Part shown: positions 1-12,459 of the stretch, one piece after another | Numbering within the stretch: position 1 is the first letter of the stretch | How the letters are laid out: each line of letters opens with the position of its first letter | Source: Felis catus | Taxonomy: Eukaryota | Assembly (NCBI RefSeq): GCF_018350175.1 | Contig: NC_058373.1 | Coordinates: 116,376,001 to 116,440,000, forward strand | Direction: 5' to 3' | DNA: 64,000 nt | Notes under the pieces: generated by a model | The model's database searches: none | Seen by the model: only the letters and a program-made list of their open reading frames with translations | What the model was told of the DNA's origin: nothing | Program-made: the position numbers and the translations under genes

Positions 1-1027
1 ATGTCTCATTCATAACATTAAGAGCAAATACATGTCTTAAGAGATTAAAAGTAAAGTGTGTTTTTAAAAAGGAAGTTTAAAATGGGTATGCATTTAGCCT
101 GAAAAGGATGGTTGTAAATACATTGATCTTGGAAATATCCCATATTCAAGAACAGAGAATAAATTACAACGGTAGGCTGATTGGACCAATAGATCTGTCA
201 GTGAAAAGAAAAGCCTGGCATGTCTATGGCAAAGGACTGATATATGATAACTCTTGCCAGAGTGAAGATTCTGGAAAATAACATTCCATTTCCACTGCAA
301 GTTACAGTGAAAGGACTCTCTATAATGCTATAATGATTTTCTTTGAAAAGGGTTGATTGCAATAAGATGTGCGTCCCTACTGTGTACAGATAATTCACAA
401 CAAACCTGCCAGGTGTCTTTACTGTTATCTTACATATGTTGAAATTAAGGGTTAAAAGGTAACTTTCAGGAAAGGATAAAATCATGACTCCTAGGTATAA
501 AAATGTACACATGTTCAAGACTTTATCTGATGCCTTAATCTGGAGAACTAACCACATGTTATAATAGGTTCAAAGTTAAGTTTTCTAAAAAAGCACAGTT
601 ACAGGGAGTAAAGGAACATTGAAATGAATTGTAAATTGGAGATCAATTTTTTGTTTTAGAGAGAGGGAGTCATTTGAACCTCTATTAGAAGGGACAGAAT
701 TTATGTCTTACCAGTTACCAACAGCTTATAAAGTTATAAAATAACTCCCACAGAATCAGAATCTAAGACAGAAGGGTGTGCTGTAGACTATGCATATAGT
801 TTTCCATTAACATCCAAGTGTTTTCTACCTGATGTTCAGTAATTCACCTGAGATAATACATGTAATAGTGGCATGGTGGAGGCAAATTCCTCACCTCCCC
901 CCCCCTCCCCCAAGCAGTGTACAGGACGTTTGAATTGCAAGGGAAGTCTTGAGGAGGTCATTGGAGGTTGTTGTGGTAATTCAGTCTTGAGGCAGTTGGC
1001 CTGGACCAAGTTAGTGGCCGTAGTGAG

Positions 1028-1349
1028 TTAGCTTCTGTGGAAGCGGACTCTGAGCCTGCTTTTTGCAAGGAAGTGTATTGGGTCATGCTCTTGGGAACAG
1101 TACGCGTGAGGGAGCACAAGAAGCTGGATTGAACAGAGGAAGAAATTGAACTGTGATGCAGTCAGAACAACGGCTTTAATCGAAGTCCATGGGTGAGCTC
1201 TGGAGCTGGGTGGCCCTTCTGAGATATTCTCAATCAAAACAAGACACCGAGGGCACACTTCTGGGGAGGACAACACTCCTGGCAGGTTGGGGGTAAGATG
1301 ACCCCCATCCTGAAGTGGAATCTGGGCAGAACACCACAGCATCCACTAC
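1028..1349 (-). mobile_element. ERVL-class LTR (LTR16-like), 3' LTR of the adjacent internal fragment
   Basis: Recalled LTR16-like motifs (gaagcggactctgag...gagctctggagctgggtggcccttc); ends in cacagcatccactac, directly abutting ERVL internal sequence. Confidence 0.7.
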
Positions 1350-3700
1350 CCTTCTTGTACTGCTCGTATCCACAGATCTCTTCTTCTGCCCTTTGGAGAT
1401 TTTCTCTTGACTAGCACCTCTCCTAGTCTAGTTGCTTACCTGCTCTTACCCCTAGGTTTACCAGTTGGGGTGATCCAGACTCCCTCATCTTTGAAAGCTC
1501 TAAGCCCCTGGTCTGCCGTGCTCTTCTGAAGCAGTGACTGCTATACTTGACTCTTTTCCATTTGAATTGGGTAAAGGACTACCAGGAGAAACCCTAGTGT
1601 ATCACCTGGATTGTGGGTGTGTTCTCTCCTGCACCTGTTGTGTGACAGCTGCCCTGTGTCTTGATGGTCTAGGTCAATTACCTCCAGTGTGGTGGTGACT
1701 TCTTTCTTAGCCCACTGGTCTCTTAGCACAAAGAAGCCAAAGTGAATAGGTGACAGACAGAGCCTAAAATTGAATGAGATTCTTGCTGTATCCCCTGGTG
1801 GAAGTTTCCCCCACTTTGGAAACCAGGTTCTCTAGACCCAGAGCCTACAGCTATGGGAGTAGGAAGCACAAATTCCCAAAGTGGGTCATTGATGAAGGTG
1901 GTAAATGGAGCCATTCCCATTTCTACCTGTTGGTTCCCAGTCTCATGTATTGTTGGGGTCTCAGGACCACTAGAATGGCCATTGATTGAGGATATATCCT
2001 GCATCCTGAAAGATGGTGTCCCACCCTCACAGGATATAATTTCCAAGCTGGTACCTCAGCTGCACCTTTAAAAGCCCTTTGAATTGTTTGATCTGACCAG
2101 CAGTTTCTACCACATGTGATACAACCATGGATCCCACGGCCACATGCCCCCTGTTCTACCCTCTTTGCTGTAAAGTCCCTTTGTTTGATTCAGTGCTACA
2201 TGGGCCCTGTTTTGATGGGTCTAACACTATAAACCTTCATATGATCATAGTGCTGAAGCCCAACAAACAGAAAAGGCAAGAACCATACCTAGAACATATG
2301 TCAATATGTCAACTTGCCATCAAGTGGATGCTTATTCTCCCTGAGGGATGGGTATTGTATCAAGGCCTCAGCAGTGATTGTAACACTCGGGTTAAAGGTT
2401 TGGCAGCATCATGAGCTACGTCAGGCTTGGTAAATGGAATCCCATTGCATAGCTTCCATTGCTGCCACAATAGCCACTCCTTTTATGCACCCATTTCGCC
2501 AGCACAGGAGCTGATGAAGAAATGGCTGATATCAACTGGCTGAATCATTTGGACTATTTGGTTGGCTGGTGCCTCTTCCATAGTAGATGCGGTCTGGTGA
2601 CGATGAACATGCATTCAAAGATCCTTATACTCCATGTCCACTCCCATCCATCCATCCATCCATCCATCCATCCATCCATGTACCTCTACCCTTGTCCCTC
2701 ACCCTCTTTCTCCTTCTAGGCGCCTGGCCAACCAGCCAAGCCATTTGCCACTTCCGTGAGTTTGTTTTATTTCTGGCCTCAGGCTTATTCTGTTTCTACA
2801 GAAGGTGAGTGACTGGATGTGGCCCATCTGTGAACCAAACGTGGCTTGCTTTCCTCTCTTCTGTAAGCTGGTTATCGGAGGCATATCCTCACTGCCTTGG
2901 TCATAGGTGTTGTGTGGTATTGCAGGGTACTTCCTTCTGAGGGCCTAGCTTTCCCTTCGAGTCCCTGAGTTCCATGTTCAGGAATTAGGCAACAGATTCT
3001 GATTTTTTTTTTTAATTGGGGTACTTGCCTCCTGCTCCTTGATTTCTTTTGATTGTATAGATTGCATGGATACCCTTGTTGGCTGCTCTTCAGAATGCCC
3101 TGTTCTATTAGCCGTTTCTGTGTTCTCTCTGCGCTCGGCTATTGTAGCTGACTTTGCTCCTTATAACAATAATTGCATCCACCTTGCTTCTGCTGCCGTG
3201 TGCTTCTCAGCCTCTATCAGTTTGAGACTCTATCATCCCTTCGCCATCAGGGAAGCTAGTTCTGTGACAGTATCTCCTTGTCTCAGCGCTGGCCCACAGA
3301 GGACAGCTGCCAGAGAGCTGCTTCAGTAGTATTCGTGCCACCATCACCAACGCGTTTCTTATCGTTTTGCTAAACAAAGCTTCCTTCTGGCCCTCCCTCC
3401 CATGGAACATAGTTGGTGGGTTTTCTTTTGGGGGGGTGTTCTGACCTTAGGTGATATACCCATTTTAACATACCCACTTCTCCGGACCTTGGGTTCCTTT
3501 CTCCACCACTTACCATGGCGATTCTGGCATTTCTGGTGTGCTTAGTATGGACTATTGCCTCTTCCAAGCTCTTAGGAAACAACCTAACAGCATATCTCCG
3601 TACTTTTGAGGGTCTTTGCCAGGGTATCAGTTTTCTATCATAGGAGAGCGTTCTCATAGTGATAAACTCTCTTATCCAACTTTATATTCTGTTTCTCTCA
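1350..3700 (-). mobile_element. Degenerate ERVL internal region (ERV3-16A3-like): gag relic and pol 3'/dUTPase relic
   Basis: Minus-strand peptides QWAKKEVTTTLEVIDLDHQ..LSHN..NPGDTLGFLLVVLYP and GMAPFTTFINDPLWEFVLP resemble the ERVL dUTPase region; EVGMLKWVYHLR..YVPWEGGPE and FSKTIRNALV resemble ERVL gag; many frameshifts. Confidence 0.8.
2644..2679. repeat. (CCAT)n microsatellite
   Basis: Direct tandem tetranucleotide. Confidence 0.95.
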
Positions 3701-4513
3701 ACTCAGCACCCTCCAGATCCAGTCTCTTATCTATTCTCCTTGCTTCTGCCAGTACGCACTGATGGGCTCTTAGAGCTCCTCCAACACGAAGCCTCTTTCC
3801 TCCCTAGAAGACCCGGCACTTGGCCAGGTGGGGGTGTGGCTTGACCAGCTGTTGGCCAGGTAGTGAGGAGAGGAGGTGGGAGCAGACTGAAGGGGATGAG
3901 CAGCCTTTGAGTGGTCCTCAAGCAGCTGGGAGTGGGTCATGTCGATCTGGAGGCCAGTGGATGGGTTCCAAGGAGCCCTCGACTATGGACTGTTGCGAGT
4001 CCCATGGCAGGAGCAGGGTGGGCGCTCCATCCAAAGTGAGGCCCTGTCAAGGGGCAGTATGTGCCGAGGAGCGGCTTTTCCTTCTGCTCATAAATGAAAT
4101 GAGAGCTGAGTCCAGAAAGCTTCCAATCTGCAAATAAAAGCCTAACCAGGGGGGAGCAGTGCCTTTGCCTGTCTGGTGTCCCTCATAAAAACTGCCACAA
4201 GATGGCAGCAGGAGCTCAGCCTGAGCGGGGAGGTTGGGGGTTGGTATCGGGGTGGAGCTGGTACCCCTGGCAGACACAAGTTCCAGAAGAGGTGTGAGGA
4301 ACAAAAAACTGAGTGACACGACTCTTGGAACCTATTAAAATCGGGGTTTACACACTGGTAGATCCCCTGGCCACGTGCTGCTTCTTATACCCTCCCAAGA
4401 GTCACACGTATTGCTTGTCTCCTGTCCTTATTTACATTTGGCCCCTTTGAGTTCTTTCCACTGGCTAAATGTGGGCCCTGCAATCATAAACCTTAATATC
4501 AAGGCTGCCCCCA

Positions 4514-4868
4514 GGGCTCATGAGTGGCTCAGTCGGTTAATCATCCAACTCTGGATTTCGGCTCAGGTCTCACAGATCTCACAGATCCTGAGATCAAGCC
4601 CTGCGTGGGGCTTTGTTTTTTTTGTTTTGTTAAAAATTTTAAATTTAACGTCTATTTATCTTGACAGCGAGAAAGAGTGCGAGCAGGGGAGGGGCAGAGA
4701 GAGGGAGACACAGAATCTGAGCTGTCAGCACAGAGCCCAACTCAGAGCTCGAACCCACAGCCGTGAGGTCATGACCTGAGCCGAAGTCGGACGCTCAACC
4801 GCCTGAGCCACCCAGGCGCCCCACCCCCCCACGTGGGGCTTTGCACAACAGCACAGAACTTGCTTAGG

Positions 4869-4902
<34 letters not shown>

Positions 4903-4973
4903 CCTCTCTCACATGCACACATGCTCTCCCTCTCTCTCTGTCACAAAATGAACTTTAAAAAAAAAAAAAAAAA
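4514..4973 (+). mobile_element. CAN-SINE (older), interrupted by a nested SINE
   Basis: tRNA-like head gtggctcagtcggttaa, resumes after 4832, (CT)n and poly-A tail. Confidence 0.85.
4616..4822 (-). mobile_element. CAN-SINE nested in antisense inside another SINE
   Basis: Reverse-complement head ending gccacccaggcgcccc; flanking repeat cgtggggctttg at 4604 and 4832. Confidence 0.9.
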
Positions 4974-5355
4974 GACTGCCTCTTAAAACATCTGGGTGTT
5001 GTGCAAAGCGCTTTCCGTCCGTCGTTACATTGCCCCTCTCGAGAGATGTCACCTGGGGCTGTAAGGCTGGTGCTTCTCACGGGACCGCAGAGGAACACTG
5101 TGGTCTGCAGGCCATCAGCCTTTCAGGGGAGAGCAAGTTCTGCAGGCCAAACAGCAAACTGCCTTGTTGCACCTTGACAGTCCGGACAGGTGACAGCGAC
5201 GAGTTGAACGTGCTGACGCGAAGGAAGCCCACCATCTGGTGGTCTTCTAACAGCTCCAAAATGATCATTCTGGGCCTGGGCGGTTGGGACGACAGCACAG
5301 TCCACACATCAGTGCTCTGCGTGTGCTGGATGGGGACCGTGCAGGCATGCCCGCC

Positions 5356-5388
5356 ACACACACACACGCACACACACACACACGCACA
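5356..5388. repeat. Imperfect (CA)n microsatellite
   Basis: Direct observation. Confidence 0.9.
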
Positions 5389-6589
5389 CCGCTTCAGGAC
5401 AGCAGCAGCTAGAAACCTCACTGGACAGTTTCACAGTGACTGTAATCGGGGGCATTGCAGATGAGAGTGGGAGAGGGAGCCCCCCGAGGAACAGGACGGT
5501 CCCCGGGCCAGGAGCAAAGGGAAGAGGTGGGCGCTCTCAGAACCTGCTGGGCTGGAGGAAGGGCCTGGCTCAGCTGCAACTCCAGCTCTGAGCACCACCC
5601 CCCCACCCCTGCAGCTGCGGGGACCCCTGGGCATGTGCCTGTGCTGGGAGGGGGGAACCCGCTGAAGAAAGGCCGCCTGCAAAAGGGCTTTGGGGGAGCG
5701 AGGTTGAAAAGTCAGGCGCTGTGCCTCCCTGTCTTCCTCCCTTCCACTCCCCCTCGGGCCCTTCTTGTCCAGCCAGCTGACAAAGGAGGAAGGTACCACG
5801 GGCTGTGTGGGAGGGCATCTGGGAGCCAAAAGGACAGACCAGTCCCTGGCCAGGCAGCTGTGCCCTGAGCCGCCTCCAGGTAGGCCCACGCTGAAGGCCG
5901 GCTTGCCACCCAGCTTGTGACGAATTCTGCTCGGAGAGGCCAGAGCCGTGGAGGAGAGGACGATGACCTCATGAGGGGTGGGGAGGCTGGGACCCCAACC
6001 CTGGGACTCCTGATCACAGCTTCCCAGGCAGCGGAGAGGCAGAAACAGCACCTTGGGCCTTCCGGGGACCGCTGGGGCCAGCCCCGGGGCAGCCTGCGGG
6101 CCAGAGGAGCTCCTTGGAAGCCTGGCCCTGTCTCTGCCCAGGGTGGGTGCAGCGGGAGGCACCGGTAAGGACAGGCTGAATTTGCCACCTGCCCGGAGGG
6201 AGAACGGTTTACGGTCCAAATTAATGTGCTTTAAAGAAAATAAAGTAATATAAAATCAATAACCCAAATTTGTGGAGAAAGACCTCTCTGGTTCAACTGA
6301 AGACCACAGACTGCCGTGTGCCCTTGGACACTCAGGCCTCACCCTCAAGCCCTGTTTGTCACCAGTGGCCCAATTGGGTGCTTCCGCATCAGTTAACGGT
6401 CTCCTTTGGAGCGGTCACATGATAAATTCATGCAAACTAAATAAAAATCACAGCAGCTGATTACTGATAGCTACTTTGTGCCAGAACTTTATTACTAGGG
6501 CTCCTCCTACCTGTTGACATTCTGGCCGGAGAGGTCGTTGTTGAAGGCAGAGAGAAGGGGGCACCGTGGTAGAGAACCTCTGATCTACT

Positions 6590-6990
6590 ACAGAATGCAT
6601 TAAGTGCAAGCCCATTGTGCAGCCATCACCACCAACCATCTGTAGAATTCTTTTCATCTTGCAAAAGTGAAACTCTGCACCCATTCAACACTCACTCCCC
6701 ATTCCCTCCTCCCCCAGCCCCTGGAAGCCGCCATTCTGCTTTCTGTCTCTATGAATCTGACGACTCTAGGTACCGCATGTGTATGGAATCAGACAGGATT
6801 TGTCTTTTCGCTTCGCATGATGTCCTCAGTGATCATCCGTGTGGTAGCATGCTTCAGAATTCCCTTCCTTGTTAAGGCTGAATAATATTCCACTGTGTGG
6901 ATGTACCGCATCTTGTTTATCCATCCATCTGATGATGGACATTCGAGTTGCTTCCCCCTTTTGGCTCTCGGGAGTAATGCTGCCATATGA
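6590..6990 (-). mobile_element. L1MB-like LINE-1 3' end fragment
   Basis: Typical antisense L1 3'UTR text (ccattctgctttctgtctctatgaat, aaggctgaataatattccact, tttatccatccatctgatgatggacat). Confidence 0.85.
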
Positions 6991-7899
6991 CCTCTTTTGA
7001 CAGAGGCGAAAACTGAGGCACGAGGGTGAGGGAACTTGCCACAGGTCCCACCGCTAGCCAGCAGCAGAACTGGGGTTCCAGCTGAGCAGTCGGCGTCAAA
7101 GATGGCCACAGGTGGAGTGACCACCGTGAGCCCTTCTCACGGCATGCAAGCAGGCACCAGGAAAGATACCCCCTTCCTTCGCCATCTGATCCGCTCAGAC
7201 CCGTTACTGCTTTGCTGGGAGCTGAGTCAGACTGAAAATTTGGAGAGACGGGGAGGAGTCTTGGGAATCAGAAAATGATCGCTTCTTTGTTTCCCCATCA
7301 AACCCGGAGTCTTACTGTATCCCTGGCACACCTGGGTCAAGTTAGGAGTTAGAGAGATTTCTTCAAAGATGGGTCCTCGCCTGGAGACTCCCTCTGTCTC
7401 TGTTCTGCCCCCATCAGTAGCCGCAGCATTCCCACCCGGTTGGCTGACTGGGGATGAGGACTAGAGCTCACCTGCTTCCATGTGCAAAAAAGAACAGCGA
7501 CTCTGCGTTCCTGGAAGGGCTTCCATTCGAAAATCCCTAAATAGACTCATTAACACATTCTTCCTTGCAAGCGGACTACCATGGCATGGGCACATTATAA
7601 AAGATGCATGTGAGTCACTGTGGGGTGGAGAAAGAAACCAGAAATCCCATTGTTTCACACAGTGCTTAACAAAAAAATGTATCTAACGAAGTCTACAAAA
7701 TTTAGATGTGAAACATTTGGGGTTTGGGGCTTTCTGTGAAGGTCCATCACACCTAATGAATCGGCTCTGCCTGGATAGCTCTTGTGTATCAGATTTTCAT
7801 TAGAAGACCCTGACTCTTCAGGTCTGCGGGTTTGCAAATATCAGATTTCTAAAACGCAGAATGACCCACAGTTTCACTGCTTACCTTGGTGTTCGTCCA

Positions 7900-8055
7900 T
7901 TTTCTTCCGTCGGACTGAGCCCTTAACCTGTGGTGTCTGTGTTAACTCCCGCTTGGCAGGCAGTGTCCAAATTGAGCTAAATCGCCGGGCGCCCAGTTGA
8001 TTGTCAGAGAATTGGTTGTCCGTGTGTAGAAACTCCATAGATTTGGTGTCAGAAA
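7900..8055 (+). mobile_element. MER21-like LTR 3' portion
   Basis: ggactgagcccttaacctgtgg...atttggtgtcagaa matches the recalled MER21 end. Confidence 0.7.
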
Positions 8056-8231
8056 AAAGGTACTGTTTTCTCACCAAATAGTGGAATCATCAAATTATAT
8101 AGCCTGTTTCTGCTATCCATGTTCCCCCCTCTTGCGATTCCACTTTTCCTGGAGGTTTGAATGATTAGCCTCGATGGTAACCTACCCCCACTGACAGCGA
8201 ACCAAGCTGCCGTCTTATGACAGGTCTTTGT

Positions 8232-8322
8232 TGCGGGGGCTTTTAATAATGCGTTGTACCGTATTTAGCAACACCCTTGATCTCGGCCCACTAGATGCCA
8301 GCAGCACCAACCTCCAAGTTCC
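8232..8322 (+). mobile_element. MER20 (hAT) fragment
   Basis: tttagcaacacccttga...cccactagatgccagcagcacc. Confidence 0.7.
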
Positions 8323-8369
8323 TGCCTGCCTGAACAAGGTGTGATAATTCCCCTGTGATGAAAGCTAGA

Positions 8370-8510
8370 CCTTAAGAAAAAAGCATAGTGGAGTCATGAG
8401 GGCAGACTTGGGGTCTGGTCCTGCCTCTGTTCCAAACTCCCTCTCTGACTTTGGGCACAGCTTAGGCTCCTGGTGCCCTCAACTACAAAACGAGAGGGTC
8501 AGAACAGATC
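8370..8510 (+). mobile_element. MIR fragment
   Basis: ggagtca..gacttggggtctggtcctgcctctg..tgactttgggca..cctcaact. Confidence 0.6.
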
Positions 8511-8828
8511 AACCCAGGTTTTGTTCAACAACAAAATGCTCTCCTGCTAGGCCTGTTTTACCTAAGTGGGCATCGCGCTCGTTGAAGGTAGTAACTCAGG
8601 ATCTACCCTGTATCTTGTTTAATCAAGGCCTGAAGTCCCATCTGTCTGAATGGTTTGACCCCAGTCTCCTAGGTCACATAGGGAGGCCTGCAGGGTCCGT
8701 GCTGGGGACAGGTGCTGCTGACAGCCTGGAAGAGTGTCTACCCTGTGACTCTGGAGGTGACTGAGTCTCATGGGCTGAGTGAGGGCACCTTCCCCACTGG
8801 AGCCTTCACTGAGAGCCTCAGGCCGGGG

Positions 8829-8831
<3 letters not shown>

Positions 8832-8877
<46 letters not shown>
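8832..8877. repeat. (GT)n microsatellite
   Basis: Direct observation. Confidence 0.97.
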
Positions 8878-8881
<4 letters not shown>

Positions 8882-9073
8882 GGGCAGGGTGGGATCCAGA
8901 GGGTCCATCAGGCAGACACCAGGCAGGGATGTGAAGCCTGGCCCAGCTGCCTGCTTGGTCCCTCCAGGGTGCACAACCCCACAGTCCGGCCTGAACTGGG
9001 CTGAACACATGCTGGAGGCACAGTTACCAGCCACTGACCCTGCCGGGCTCTGTCCTTCAAAGAGAGAGGCCTC

Positions 9074-9262
9074 GGGGCGCCTGGGTGGCTCAGTCAGTTA
9101 AGCAGCTGACTTTGGCTCAGGTCATGATCTCGCGGTCCGTGAGTTCGAGCCCCGCGTCGGGCTCTGTGCTGACAGCTCAGAGCCTGGAGCCTGTTTCAGA
9201 TTCTGTGTCTCCCTCTCTCTGACCCTCCCCCATTCATGCTCTGTCTCTCTCCGTCTCAAAGA
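9074..9262 (+). mobile_element. CAN-SINE (feline) lacking a poly-A tail, with 16-bp TSD
   Basis: Canonical head ggggcgcctgggtggctcag; TSD caaagagagaggcctc at 9058-9073 and 9263-9278. Confidence 0.95.
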
Positions 9263-11632
9263 CAAAGAGAGAGGCCTCTATCCTTCTCAGAGATGGAAAC
9301 CTGTGCTCGGCAGGCAAGAGCAGCAGTGGGGAAGTCCCATTCTCTCACGTAACACAGAAAGTAGAAGGAGTTAGAGTCCACTGAAGTGGCGTCTGTATCA
9401 CCGGCGATGATGGCCACAATGATGCTAACCTGCTGAGGAGCTTGCTAGGTGCTCTGAACCAGGCTCAGCCCTTTATAAGAAGTATTTCTGTTAATTCAGG
9501 AGACAGGTGGAACTGTCAAGCCCTAATGATTTCATCTCGGAAGCGCTGGCCCTGGGGAGACCAGCCCCTCCACCTGCAAATTCTCTTGTTCCCTGAAGTG
9601 TCAGTTGGAAGAATTTGGGACATCTTACGTTAGCGAGTGTGGCCCGTTTTCTTGAAGCACTTCAGATTCCTGGGAAAGGAGAAGGTGTGAATAGAAGGCC
9701 CAAGTCACTGACTAGGAGGTGATGGGAGGGTGGTCTCGCTCATGATACCATTTCACACTAGAATTGTTCACATTCGGTTCGTCCACCTCCAGCCATTTGT
9801 TAACTCAATCAGTGAAAAGTTAATAATAATCCAATGTGTGTCATGTGTTGTGCTGAAGGCTAGGGATCCAAAAAAGAGTCCTACTCCATCCCTGTCCCAA
9901 AGGATGCCCAGTTGATTGGACCAGCACCCCTGGTCCAGTGCTGTTGGCTGGAGGTTGAGGTCAAAGCCCCGTGAACGCGCTCCTCTCTGGCCCCGACTCC
10001 TTCCCCAGATCCTGGAAATCTACCTGGGTTCACATCGGGCAAAACCATCACAACTTGATAATTTGTTGTCAGACTGCAGTTCCCTAGACTCTTCCATCTT
10101 TGCACTGAATTGGCTTCTGATCTGGACATGCCAGGCAGACACGTGGCCGGCCCACCCGTGGTGGGCCTATGGTTGGGGGCAGGGGCCCTGGGAACAATCT
10201 TTCCCCTGCTTCTCTTGTCCCAGGACATGATCTGTGGGAAACAGCTCCCCAAACACCAAGTACTAACAGGGCAGATGTGTCCGGCCTAAACTGAGTCTGG
10301 AGAAAACAGCTAAGGGATCTGTTTGCTGCCTTGTCACCTTTGAGGTCTTACGGCCCAATGGCGGGGCGGGCTGCTGCTCTCCTCCCACCGCACGACCCCA
10401 TCTTCCTCCCCTTCCTCCTCTTCCATGCAGCCCTGACCAGGGGCTGCAGGGGGTGCTTCATCCCACAGCCTTTGTGGTCGGAGGGACCTGTGAGGTCTCC
10501 CCTCCGACTCAGAGTGGGGAGTCCTAAGTCTTCCAAAAGGCAGATGTCCTCCCTGTTTCTACGAGGTTTCCTGGCTCCCTGGTTGCTGTGGTACCAGCCC
10601 TTCTGTCCCGTCTTTGAGGCCACAACCCAAAGAATCTGGACACCATTGCAGAAGTCTTCTCTCTAGTCCTCTTGACCCGGGAGTTCATCATGCGTTCCTA
10701 GAGCGGGGAGACACCTGCGCCATTGCCCTCCTCCCTGCTGCAGCCTTGTGCCCTCACGCTCATTCAGTGTTGGCCTCCGCTTCCCTGAGGACTCCAGGAC
10801 CATTCGGCCAGGCCCTGGGCTGCAGACCTTTTCGCCGGGCCTTCAGCACAGTGGGCTCCCAGGTCTGCACCTGCGGGCCCTCTCTTCCTCTCCCCCACCC
10901 CTGGGAGGTGAGCTCCTTCTGCAGCAGGCTCACGTCGGGAGCGTGAAGGAGCCCCTTGCCCCGCAGTTTCGGCCCTTCCATCCCCAGTCTTGGTTCATCC
11001 TGAACTAGAAGACTAGACCAGACCAGACCAAGGCCCAGGTACCCCGGTGAGTCAGACACATCCCTGTGCTCGGGGAGCTCCCAGTGCTGGTGGTGGGGTT
11101 GTGTGGGCTTAGTGAACACCTGCAGCAGAGCCAGGAATGGAGAAGACGGAGGGGAGGAGGCCACAGGGAGAAGGTGAGGCCAGAACTAGGCCCAGAAGGG
11201 AAGGTGATTGGGACATTCTCCACGGCAAGGGGCATCTGAGGGCAGCGGCTTGAGAATGGTGATGAGCCTGCCCCAGTCAGAGGAAGCAGAAGGCATCCAC
11301 CCAGACAGACCATCACCTCCCCCTCTTCCTACCTCTGGGGTGGGGGTGCCGCTCACTACAACCTCTGAACTCAGACTCCCCGAGCTGAAGAGTGGGGATC
11401 CCGGCCTCAGGGCTGTGGCTGCGATCAGGTGCGTCGGCACAAGGAAAGGACAGAGTATATTAATCCTCTTGTCGGTGCCCGAAGATGTCAACACCGAGCC
11501 ACGGATGCTTTCTGGAGGAATAAATGCATGAGGCTGGAAAAGAGGGCGACTGTAACTACACTGCCCAGGTGTGTGAGCTGCAAGGATGTGTGGAAGGGAG
11601 CGGAGCCCTAATAATAAAACATTACAATGTAT

Positions 11633-11837
11633 GGGGCGCCTGGGTGGCTCAGTCAGTTCAGCGTCCGACCTCGGCCCAGGTCACGATCTCACGTTTTGTG
11701 AGTTCGAGCCCCGCATCGGGCTCTGTGCTGACAGCTCGGAGCCTGGAGCCTGCTTCGGATGTTGTGTCTCCCTCTCTCTCTGCCCCTACCTTGCTCACGC
11801 TCTGTCTCTCTCTCTCAAAAATAAACATTAAAAAGAA
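11633..11837 (+). mobile_element. CAN-SINE
   Basis: Head with A/B boxes, (CT)n, aataaacatt A-tail. Confidence 0.95.
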
Positions 11838-11899
11838 TTTTAATGGTGCAACTTATGCACTTTCTACTATATGCAAAGCACTTTACAGTTATTATTTCT

Positions 11900-11903
<4 letters not shown>

Positions 11904-11986
<83 letters not shown>
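11904..11986. repeat. Compound (CT)n(CA)n microsatellite within a MIR remnant
   Basis: Direct observation. Confidence 0.95.
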
Positions 11987-11989
<3 letters not shown>

Positions 11990-12459
11990 CACCAGTGATA
12001 AAAAGCTATAATTATTCTCTATATGAAGATGAAAAAACTGAGCTGAAAAGCTGCCTCTCCTTCTGGTCAGGAGGCTCTTCTCTTTGCCTAGAATGTCGGC
12101 TGTTGACCTGCGGCTACAACCTTTGCTTGGAAAGATCATTTTCTCCATCAGCACAATACATAGTAAACAAAACCTCAGGTAAAAACTTTTTGAAGATGCT
12201 TTTGAGATGGTCAAGTTTGGTGATCTTCCGGCTCGAAAGGAAAGGCAGAAGAAGATCGCACAGCTACCTTTATCTTACGCAGGAGTTCACGAGTCCCAGC
12301 CACTGTAGGTCAGAGCTGACGGTACTGTTTTACAGGCCCCCCGTGGGGCCCAGTCGGACCTGGCCGTGGACTCCAGTTTGTCTTTCTGGGCCGAAAGTTC
12401 ATGTTCAGTCAATGTACAGGTGGTCGGGGGGGCTGGCAGCCATGGCGAGGCCAATGGTG

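Noticed and set aside
5431..6219. 262-aa minus-strand ORF and overlapping ORFs
   Set aside because: GC-rich sequence open in several frames on both strands, low complexity, no recognisable family or splice structure
9074..9160. tRNA-like sequence with A and B boxes (also in every other SINE head)
   Set aside because: tRNA-derived heads of CAN-SINEs, not tRNA genes
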